64,000 nucleotides of DNA from positions 63,180,001 through 63,244,000 of the forward strand of contig CM059432.1 of NCBI GenBank assembly GCA_030390025.1. The letters run 5' to 3'. The DNA comes from Squalus acanthias (Eukaryota). The notes under the pieces were generated by a model, which saw only the letters and a list, made by a program, of their open reading frames with translations, had not been told where the DNA came from and ran no database searches. Made by a program: the position numbers and the translations under genes. Positions 50,210 through 61,075 of the stretch are shown piece after piece. Each line of letters starts with the position of its first letter. The first letter of the stretch is position 1.

Positions 50210-52914
50210 TCCCAAAGGAGGGGGTGTCGCAATATTAATCAAGGAGTCAATTACTGCTGTAAGGAGGGATGATATCTTAGCAGGTTCCTCTAATGAGGCC
50301 ATATGGGTAGAACTTAAAAACAAAAAGGGGGCAAGCACTTTGCTGGGAGTGTACTATAGGCCCCCAAACAGTCAGGGGGAGATAGAGGAACAGATATGCA
50401 GGCAAATCTCAGAGAAGTGTAGAAATAATAGGGTAATAATAGTAGGGGATTTCAACTTCCCCAATATTAACTGGGATAGTCAGAGTGTGAAAGGCTTAGA
50501 GGGTGTGAAATTCTTAAAGTGCATCCAGGAGAGCTTTTTGAGCCAGCATGTAGAAAGTCCTACAAGAGAGGGGGCGGTACTGGACCTAATTCTAGGGAAT
50601 GTAGCCAGGCAAGTGGTAGAAGTGTTAGTAGGAGAGCATTTTGGTGACAGTGACCATAATTCGGTGAGATTTAAGGTAGTCATGGAAAAGGACAAAGATG
50701 GACCGGAAATAAAGGTTCTAAATTGGGGGAAGGCCGATTTTAATATGATAAGGCAGGATCTGGCCAAAGTGGACTGGGATCAGCTACTTGTAGGAAAATC
50801 CACATCAGAGCAGTGGGAGTCTTTCAGAAAGGAAATAGAGAGAGTACAATGGCAACATGTTCCCGTAAAGGTCAAGGGTGGGACCAACAAGCCCAGGGAA
50901 CCCTGGATGTCAAGGGATATACGAGAATGGAGTAGGAAAAAAAGGGAGGCTTTTGGCAGATACAAAGGACTAAAAACTGTGGAAGCCCTATAGGAGTATA
51001 GAAAGTGCAGGGAGGTACTTAAAAAAGAAATTAGAAGAGCGAAGAGGGGGCATGAAATAACACTGGCGGGCAAAATAAAGGAAAATCCCAAGGTGTTTTA
51101 TAAGTATATTAAGGGCAAGAGGATAACCAGGGAAAGAGTAGGGCCCATTAGGGACAAAGTGGCAATCTGTGTGTAGAGCCAGAAGATGTAGGTGGGGTTT
51201 TAAATGAATATTTTGCATCTGTGTTCACTATGAAGAAGGACGATGTAGGCATAGAAATCAGACAGGGGGATTGTGATATACTTGAACAAATTAGCATTGA
51301 GAGGGAGGAGGTACTAACGGTTTTAGCGGGCTTAAAAGTGGATAAATCCCCAGGCCCAGACGAGATGTATCCCAGGCTGCTGTGTGAGGCAAGGGAGGAG
51401 ATTGCAGAGGCTCTGACACAAATTTTCAGAACCTCTCTGGCCACAGGGGAGGTGCCAGAGGACTGGAGAACAGCTAATGTAGTATCATTATTCAAGAAGG
51501 GTAGTAGGGATAAACCAAGGAATTACAGGCCAGTGAGCCTAACATCAGTGGTAGGGAAATTATTGGAAAAAATTCTGAGGGACAGAATTAGTCTCCACTT
51601 GGAGAGGCAAGGATTAATCAAGGATAGTCAGCATGGCTTTGTCAGGGGGAGATCATGTCTGACCAATTTGATTGAATTTTTCGAGGGGGTGACTAGGTGT
51701 GTGGATGAGGGTAGTGCAGTTGATGTGGTCCACATGGACTTCAGTAAGGCTTTTGACAAAGTCCCGCATGGGAGACTGGTCAAGAAGGTAAGAGCCCATG
51801 GGATCCAGGGCAACTTGGCACATTGGATCCAAAATTGGCTTAGTGGCAGGAGGCAGAGGGTGATGGTTGAAGGTTGTTTTTGTGACTGGAAGCCTGTGTC
51901 CAGTGGTGTACCGCAGGGATCGGTGCTGGGTCCTTTGCTGTTTGTAGTGTACATTAATGATTTAGATATGAATGTAGGAGGTATGATCAGTAAGTTCGCA
52001 GATGACACAAAAATTGGTGGGGTGGTAAATAGCGAGGAGGAAAGCCTCAGGCTACAGGATGATATAGATGGGTTGGTCAGATGGGCAGAACAGTGGCAAA
52101 TGGAATTTAACCCTGAAAAGTGTGAGGTGATGCATTTTGGGAGGACTAACAAGGCAAGGGAATACACAATGAATGGTAGGACCCTAGGAAGGACAGAGGA
52201 TCAGAGGGACCTTGGTGTGCATGTACATAGATCCCTGAAGGCAGCAGGACAGGTAGATAAGGTGGTTAAGAAGGCATATGGGATACTTGCCTTCATTAGC
52301 CGAGGCATAGAATATAAGAGCAGGGAGGTTATGATGGAGCTGTACAAAACGCTAGTTAGGCCACAGCTGGAATACTGTGTGCAGTTCTGGTTGCCACACT
52401 ATAGGAAGGATGTGATTGCATTGGAGAGGGTGCAGAGGAGATTCACCAGAATGTTACCTGGGCTGCAGCGCTTCAGCTATGAAGAGAGACTGGACAGGCT
52501 GGGGTTGTTTTCCTTAGAGCAGAGAAGGCTGAGGGGGGACCTGATTGAGGTGTACAAAATTATGAGGGGCATAGATAAGGTAGATAGAAATGAACTTTTC
52601 CCCTTAGTAGAGGGGTTAATAACAAGGGGGCATAGTTTCAAGGTAAGGGGCAGGAGGTTTAGAGGGGATTTGAGGAAAAACTTTTTCACCCAGAGGGTGG
52701 TTGGAATCTGGAACTCACTGCCTGAAAGGGTGGTAGAGGCAGGAACCCTCACAACATTCAAGAAGCATTTAGATGAGCGCTTGAAACGCCATAGCATACA
52801 AGGCTCTGGACCAAGGGCTGGAAAATGGGATTAGAATAGACAGGGCTTGATGGCCGGCGCGGACACGATGGCCGGAAGGGCCTCTTTCTGTGCTGTTTAA
52901 CTCTATGACCCTAT
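50210..52914 (+). mobile_element. Young CR1 LINE covering most of ORF2 (APE endonuclease plus RT) and the 3' tail
   Basis: GGGVAIL, YRPP, VGDFN, LDL, SDH (APE); NYRPVSL, DFSKAFD, PQGSVLGP, FADD (RT, 51221-52834); one TAG at 50991 and one frameshift near 51155; (CTATGA)-type tail. Confidence 0.96.
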
Positions 52915-53807
52915 GGGGGAGAAATTCAGTATCACCCCATTTGGGGCGCAATTATCGGCCGGGCGCAAAGATTAGCGCCTGGCGCTAATTATCGCCACTG
53001 ACTGCAAACTTGACTTTTATCGCCCCTGGAGGTGATTGGAGTGCTAAATCAGGCGCTTCACACCTGTCTTAAGGCGCAAAGGCCGCGGAGCGAGGCGCTA
53101 CCTCAGAGCGCTGGCGAAGCTCATGTGATGTCAGTCAGCAATGGAACACACACACAATGGCGCGGGCCAGTTCTTAAAGGGAAGGTTTGATCTTGCTTTC
53201 CATCCACATCCTGCTCATTGCAGCCTTGAATCTCAGCCTGGAGAGACCTGTACATCAAATCTGCTGGAAAGAACAATGGAGAGTACCAGGGAAAGAGCTC
53301 AGAGTGCAGCCCCCACAGTCTCTTCTAAATCGATACAAGGAAGGGCAAATCAAAATGAACCTGCAAAGTGCTGCTCAGTACCAAAAACTCCTTCACACAG
53401 CGTTGAATCTCTCCAGAAGTCTCTCTCTCTGTCTCTCAGAAAGCGTGGTTCAAAAATGTCACCAACAATAAAAGGCAGGAAGCGGTCGCCTTTAAATAGC
53501 GCTACCCCAGTCCCTTCCTGACTGCAAAACGCTCCCCTCAACCTGTCGTTGCTCGCGGCAGGTGGTAAGGCAGGGGGCACCACTCAATATCCGCTCCGGG
53601 GCGATACTGGGGCGTCGCGCACTCGACTGACGTCACGATCTGCCGGCGCAGGAGATCGTGGCGGTAGTGTTTAGCGCCGCCGCAAAATGTCTAGTTAATT
53701 TCGCGAGCGGCGCAAACATCGCCGCGCCCGGGCGCTAGATGATTTGCGCCCCATTAGCGCCCTCTTAAGGCGCTAACGGGAGGCGCAACCAACTGAATTT
53801 TTCCCCC
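52915..53807. mobile_element. Second copy of the 44502-45395 MITE in opposite orientation
   Basis: TIRs GGGGGAGAAATTCAGT / ACTGAATTTTTCCCCC; TSD TAT (52912-52914, 53808-53810). Confidence 0.9.
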
Positions 53808-54154
53808 TATGACTCTAACTCCAAATTCCGTCAAATTGCATTTTTAAAGTGTCCCATTACATACTGGAGTTGAAATTGCGTCATGCGGACCATCATCAAG
53901 CCCACTGATGCTAATTGGTGGGAAACTAAGAAATTATATAGTAATGCATTGACTTGTTTAAAAAGCCACTGACAGACACGCTGCACTGACTTCCATGTTT
54001 CCCAGCGCATCGCAAACTTAAAATCCAGCTCTCTGAGTTAGGGAAGGGAACACACAGTGGACTGTTTCACCGCTGGCTCCTGATCTTTATTCTTTGACCA
54101 CTGTTGGAAGTGTGCTTGATGACCCAATGTTGGGTAAGCATCCTGTGGGTTAAT

Positions 54155-55345
54155 GAGTACACACTGCAGCCACGGTAAGCCGGTGGTGGACGAAGTGAAT
54201 GTTTAGTTTTGTGGATGGGGTGCCAATCAAGCGGGCTGCTTTGTCCTGGATAGTGTTGAGCTTCTTGAGTGTTGTTGAAGCTGCACTCATCCAGGCAAGT
54301 GGAGAATATTTCATCACACTCCTTACTTGTGCCTTGCTTTGGGGAGGCAGGAGGTGACACACTCACCGCAGAATACCTAGCCTCTGGCCTGCTCTTGTTG
54401 CCACAGTATTTATGTGGCTGGTCCAGTTAAGTTTCTGGTCAATGGTGACCCCCAGGATATTGATGGTGGGGGATTCGGCGATGGTAATGCCGTTGAATGT
54501 CAAGGGGCGGTGGTTAGACTCTTAATTGTTGGAGATAGTCATTGCCTGGCACTTCTGTGGCGCGAATGTTACCTTTCACTTATCAGCCCAAGCCTGAACG
54601 TCTTCCAGGTCTTGTTGCATGCGGGCAGGGACTGCTTCATTATCTGAGGAGTTGTGAATGGCGCTGAACACTGTGCAGTCATCAGCGAACATCCCCATTT
54701 CTGACCTTATGTTGGAGAGAAGGTCATTGATGAAGCAGCTGAAGATGGTTGGGCCTAGGACACTGCCCTGAGGAACTCCTGCATCGATGTCCTGAGGCTG
54801 TGATGATTGACCTTCAACCACCACAACCATCTTCCTTTGTGCTAGGTATGACTCCAGCCAGTGGAGAGTTTTCCCCCCGATTCCCATTGACTTCAGTTTT
54901 ACTAGGGCTCCTTGATGCCACACCTGGTCAAATGCTGCCTTGATGTCAAGGGCAGTCACTCTCACCTCACCTCTGGAATTCAGCTCCTTTGTCCATGTTT
55001 GAACCAAGGCTATAATGAGGTCGGGAGCCGAGTGGTCTTGGCAGAACCCAAACTGGGCATCAGTGATCAGGTTATTGGTGAGTAAGTGCTGCTTGATAGC
55101 ACTGTCGATGACACCTTCCATGTCTGATGATTGAGAGTAGACTGATGGGGCAGTAATTGGCCGGATTGGATTTGTCCTGCTTTTTGTGGACAGGACGTAC
55201 TTGGGCAGTTTTCCACATTGTTGGATAGATGCCAGTGTTGTAGCTGTACTGGAACAGCTTGGCTAGAGGCACGGCTAGTTCTGGAGCACAAGTCTTCAGC
55301 ACGACAGCCGGGATGTTCCACTCGGCATTTCTGGGAACATACACT
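54155..55345 (-). mobile_element. CR1-type LINE (family B) RT fragment
   Basis: ANYCPISLL; QFGF; ALDIKAAFDQVWHQG; GVPQGSVLGP; MFADD. Confidence 0.9.
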
Positions 55346-55364
55346 GCAAAGAATCAGTATCTGC

Positions 55365-57230
55365 TGTTTCTTTTTTCTTGGGATCTGGGCAATGCTGGCA
55401 AGGCAGCATTTAATGCTCATCCCTAATTGCCCTGAGAAGGTCGTGGTGAGCCTTCTTCTTGAATCGCTGTAGTCCTTATGGTGACGGTGCACCTATGATG
55501 GTGTTGGTAGGGAATTACAGCATATTCACCCAGCGATGATGAAGGAACAGCAAATTATGTCCAACTCAAGATGGTGAATAACTTACATAGAATTACATAG
55601 AATATACAGCATAGAAACAGGTCATTCGGCCAAACTGGTCCATGCTAGTGTTTAAGCTCCACACAAGCCTTCTCCCACCCCTCTTCATCTAACTCTATCA
55701 GCATAACCTTCTATTCCTTTCTCCCTCATGTACTTATCAAACTTCCCCTTAAATACATCTATGCTATTTGCCTCAACTGCTCCTTGTGGTAGTGAGTTCC
55801 ACATTCTAGCCACTCTCGGGGTAAAGAAGTTTCTCCTGAATAAGGAGACCAAAACTGTACACAATACTCCAGGTGTGGTCTCACCAGGGCCCTATATAAT
55901 TGCAGTAAGATGTCTTTACTCTTATACTCAAATCCTCTTGTAATAAAGGCCAACATACCATTTGCTTTCCTAATTGCTTGCTGTAACTGCATGTTAACTT
56001 TCAGTGATTCGTGTACAAAGACACCCAGGTCCCTCTGAACACCAACATTTCCCAATCTCTCACCATTTAAAAAAATACTCTGCTTTTCTATTTTTCCTAC
56101 CAAGGTGGATAACTTCACACTTCTCCACATTATATTCCACTGTACCCCTGGATCCCTTTGCTTCTTTACCCCATTTAGACTCTTATTTATACTGAAGGAA
56201 TATGTGGCCTCCTTATTCTTCCTACCAAAATGCACCAACACACACTTACCTATATTGAAATGAATTTGCCAATTATATGCCCATTCTGGAGGGGAACATG
56301 AAGGTGATGATGTTCTCGAAACATTGCTACTATTGTTCTTCTCAGTGGAACAGGTCACAGGGGAGGGATGTGCTGTCAAAGTAAGCTTGGTGAGTTGCTG
56401 CAGTGCATCCTGCAGATAATACAAACTGTAGCTACAATGTGCCAGTGAGGATGGGATAGATATTGAGTCCAGTGACCTGGCACCAATCAAATGAACTGCT
56501 CTGTCTGTCCTGGGCCTTGTTGATTGTTGCAGCTGCAACAATCCAGCTGTGTGATGAGCATTCCATCACACTCCTGACTTGAACCTTGTAAATTGTGGAG
56601 ATGAACCAGTCATTGCTTAGTGCAAGGACTCTGCCTTACTCTTGCAACTAAAGTGGATTGTCCAGTTAAGTTACTGGTCAATGGTGACCCGAAGATGTTG
56701 ATGTTGGGGGCTCAGTAATGTTGATGCCGTTGAAGATCAGGTGAAGGTGGCTGCCTGTTAACTGGCACCTGTGTGGCATGAATATTACCTGCCACTTGTC
56801 AGGCCAAGTCTGGATGTTGTTTAGGTCCTGCTGTAGGTTGGCATGTGCTCCTCAATTATCATAGGAGTTGTGAATGAAGCTGAATACTGTGGAATCATCA
56901 GCAATTAGCTCCACTTCTGAGGGAAGGTTATTGATTGAGCAGTCAAAAAAATTTGGCCCCAGATCACTTCCCTGAGGAAATCCTGCAATGATGTCCTTTG
57001 GGCTGCAATGATTGGCTTCCGTCAACAATGACCATCTTCCATTGTGTTAGGTATGTCTCTAGTCACTGGCAGGTTTTCCCTTTGATCCCACTGACCTCAG
57101 TTTTGCTAGGGCACCTTGATTCCATACTCAGTCAAATCCTGCTTGATGTCAATGCCAGTTATTCTCAATTCTCCTCTGGCTATTACATATATGTTAGGTT
57201 CAAGGCTGTGATGAGGTCTGGAGCTTAGTA
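55365..57230 (-). mobile_element. Older family-B CR1 fragment interrupted by a family-A CR1 composite at 55585-56288
   Basis: 3' end at 55365-55584 and RT remnants at 56290-57230 parallel 40050-41193; the insert has a tacatagaat tail and RPHLEYCVQFWSP. Confidence 0.75.
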
Positions 57231-58739
57231 GTTCTGATGGAGAGGAGAGGATAGGAGAAAAAAATGTGAAAGGATGCAGTACTAAACTATTACACATGCT
57301 CCTGCTGTACAACCCTATGCAGCCTCGGAGCTGGGCCTGTGCAGGGTCATTGCAAGTATGAGAACAAGGCAGAAGAGGAGGTTCCTGGCCTCCCATCTTA
57401 CATTCCTGAAGGATTGCTCACTGTGCACCCCACTGCAGGGGTGCACAGCAAAATATCACGCTGCGGCTTTCTCCTGGAGCTTTGCTGACCAGAGGCTCTG
57501 TGGAGGACACAGGGGGCGAGCCAAAGACAGAAAGGTTCGTGATAGATTTCAATTTTATCCCACCCTCCCTCAGGATGTCTACAAGTAGTCGGGATCTTCT
57601 CACTGATGATCATTAGCAAACAGAAGATCCCGAGGCTAACAGTCAGCTGCAAGCCTGAGAAATGTGCTGGACTATCACAATGGCCTGGGATAGGAAATCC
57701 TAGCACATCTGGGCCTGGTGTGCTGCTTCCGTCCAATGCCAGCGCAGGGTGTGGGCAGGAAAATATGCTTTCTTAAGTCTTAACCAATTCCAAAAACAAT
57801 GAGCATTACTGGAGTAGAATGAAGTGCAGAAAAAATGTAATGAAAAACAGGAATAATGAAACAAGAAAAATGTGTTTCATCTTAGCAAAGGAAATACATT
57901 TTTCTGATCAGGACTATGCTCACTGTGCCATTTAATGCACTATAATGCTGTTATTTGTGAGTGTACTCACTGATGTTTGTGCATATTTTTGAACACGGGA
58001 ACTAATAATACAATTAAGTCACTAACAATTCAAAGAAATTCTTAGCCAAATATTACAGTCTGTCGGTTCATAAAAATAATGATCTATTTATGTTTATTGC
58101 TGAACATCTTCCAAGAAATAATCTTTCCAGTTACCTTTTCTTGCCACTTCCAAATGTATGGAAAATTTACGATGTGTCAAAAAAAGAACCATGTAGTGAC
58201 TGATGCTGAAGGAAGTTCAATACTCAGCTTCTTAATAATAAACTGTTAAATGGTAATGACAAACTAGCAGATCCTTAACCAGATTTTAAAACAAAACTAA
58301 GAGTTTGGCTCAAGCCTTCTTTGACTCAGTAGACAGTTATTTTAGGCAATTTTGTTCTGTGTGGAGTTTTATGATTCCAAACTCATATGAAGTGCTGTAA
58401 GTATTTATTAGCTATAAGAAAAGAGTTTGGAGTTGACACATCCAATTACGAAGTGGCTGTTGGGTGCTGATGTTTCCTGTCATTTCCCACTCTGCAAGAA
58501 ATACCTTATTCTAAACTAGCGCTCCTTTGCTTAAAAAAAACCCCATTATGAAGCCATTAATGTGGTCCACAGTTTCTGAAGTGCTACAGTGGATCAAGCG
58601 CAGGTGCTGGGTATTGAGGCCTACCCAGTGCCCAATATGCATGGCACCCCATTGTGCAAGTTCCAAGTGCTGTAGGTGGTTACAATCTATGCACACACTC
58701 TGTGCCAGATGCATTAAGGCATATAAGTAAGAGGAAAGC

Positions 58740-58920
58740 CCCGTAATGTGCCTGGAATGCCTGGGCAGCACTTTAGATGCTCGGTGCTCATTTTCAAAGG
58801 GCACATTAAGGAGGCCTTCAACCATATGAATCTTCTGCATTGCTGGTTGGGCTATTTCCTGGTGTACCAGGTTAGCCAGCTAAATCATACAGTCTGGAAA
58901 TGTTCCAGCTTCCATCTCCA
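58740..58920 (-). pseudogene. Possible HARBI1-like C-terminal fragment
   Basis: Weak similarity to the R..VE.AFG.LK.R.RCL region, across frameshifts. Confidence 0.35.
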
Positions 58921-60779
58921 GTGTGTGATGCATTAGAGACAATTAACCTCAGGCCCTTCGGTTAGGGAGGAGACAGTCAGCCAGGATTGCAGCTCTTGAA
59001 TACTATTCAGCAATCCCTGCTGCATGTACATGTGTATGCACATTGGATAGGAATAGGATAATAGGATCGGGTTCAGCTATGTTGGCTCCTTATGTGGTTA
59101 AATCGCCTGCCAATATTCAATGCTGAAGCCTACATCTGAACAGTGGTCATGTGGCCAAGGTACTGGAGGAGATCCAGTCCCCATGGAACTGTACCCAATG
59201 AGGAGCTAATGCCTTCAGGAGAGGAGAGCAGGGGGAGGGAAGAAAATAAAATTGTCAAGAAGAGGAAAAAAAGTGAAATCACTTTCTTATGAAGATATTG
59301 CCTGGGGTATCTCCAGCATGGTGGGACAGAAGTGATATCATAACACCTACCATGTAATTCTTCCTGGATTCTGCCTGGCAGGCGCTTGCAGTGAAAACCA
59401 AGCAAGAAAACTGAGCATTGGAGCAGGGTTTCCCCTACAGGTGGGCGATTCTATAGAGGGGCAGCCAGTGACCTCCTGGGACTTTAGGAAAGTTTTTTTT
59501 TCCTTTTCTAAGACACAGCAGGGCTGCACTGTGTGACTTGATGGTCATCTGGCTGCTATTCCTCACAGCTGTCAGCAGGCCAAAATACCACCAGCAATTT
59601 CTACCACTCAAGTTCTTTGAGGTCTGCAGCAACCCACAGTTGCCCTTGTCCAGTTTGGTGCAAGCAGCAATTCCCAAGCAGTAGTCCAGCCTGGTGCTTG
59701 CACCAGCCAATTAGATGAGCTGAGCCCGGAAGTATAGCCGGGTTCAGCAGAGGTCAAGACCGGCTTTAAGCTGGAGCAGGGTTGAGGAGAAAACTCGGGA
59801 CCAAACTTGTTGCTTATAAATATCTGGCATCCTGCTCTTTAAATAAACTGTATATTGTAAGTCTTTGCATTTGAAGTGCAGTACTTGAAGTGTTACTAAA
59901 CAACATTTCAATTCTTGTTGGAGCTATTTGAGAAGTGCTCAAAAGCTTGCAATAAACAATGAAATCAAAACAATTTTGAACAATTTTGAACAAAAGAAGA
60001 TAGTACAATTTTTTCCCATTTAATTTTTGTGTAGGTAGATTGACAATTACTTCTCCCCTCCTTCCCTTTGCACATAGCACCTTGGAAGTCTGTTTGAACC
60101 AAACTGCAGTAATACGATGTGGCTCAGTGACTTTTCTCTTCCCTTGCTTCATTTGCACTCAGATTCAGCAGCTGCTTTGAAATCATGTGATATCCCAGAT
60201 TTGTACCATAGTTCAGTTGAAGGTCTTGGCTGTGTTTAGGCATGTCAGCTGAGTTAACTTCTTACACTGTAAGGCTGATTGCCCGAGGGCTTCTGTCTTT
60301 CTGAGAATGCTTTGTTTTCCACAGCCTGTCCAATCAGAACTCTGCATCCAAAGAATCTGAGTCGTAATAGGTGACCTAAATTATATGAGAAACAGGTATG
60401 GAGAATCATGTCCAGACAAAGGCTTTCTTTAGTCACTTAAAATAAATATACCATACTTTCACTGCTTTGTTTGGGGATGTTGAGAAGTCTCCAGTCAATA
60501 AAAAACCTCAATCATAAATGTTTCATCAAAATTGTTTTGTCAGCAGCATTATTTCATTTCTCAGGAAATCTATTTAATATTGACTATTTTATTTCATTGA
60601 AATTCATGAAAAAAATGAGGTCCTGTTCCCACCCCTGGAAAGTATTTTATTGCATTCTGTTGATTGGATTGTTGACCAGCTGCGTGTTTTGTCATGTACA
60701 TTGATGCTTGTGCCACTGAAGATGCAATTTTAGGAATTTTGCTGTTCTCTGCTTGGTAGGTTCAGATACTCGGTAAGGG

Positions 60780-61072
60780 ATCATGCACAGAATGCATCGG
60801 TGTTGTGCTGAAGGGTGAGATGTTAAATCGAGGCACTGTCTGCCTGCTGAGGGAATGTAAAACATCCTATGACACTATTCAAAGAATAGCAGGGAATCCT
60901 TCCTCAACCTACACCATGGAAAACAGATTATCTGGCCATTTGCTGTTTGTGGGACCTTGCTGTGCTCAAATTGGTTGGCATGCTTACCTACAAAACAGAA
61001 ATTGCACTTCAATTAAATGTAAAACACTTTGGGATGTCCTAACATAATAAGGTGATGCGTAGATTCAAGTTC
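60780..61072 (+). mobile_element. Deu-type SINE remnant
   Basis: GAGATGTTAAATCGAGG..GCTGTTTGTGGGACCTTGCTGTGC..CACTTTGGGATGTCCT, similar to 20780-21150. Confidence 0.65.
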
Positions 61073-61075
61073 TGT

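Noticed and set aside
51221..52834. 537-aa ORF as a functional gene
   Set aside because: It is the RT part of a 5'-truncated CR1 ORF2 with an upstream stop and frameshift
60325..60395. Exon-like segment with a good acceptor (ttttccacag) and donor (CAG|GTATGG)
   Set aside because: Stops in all three frames and no partner exons; a non-coding exon cannot be supported without RNA data
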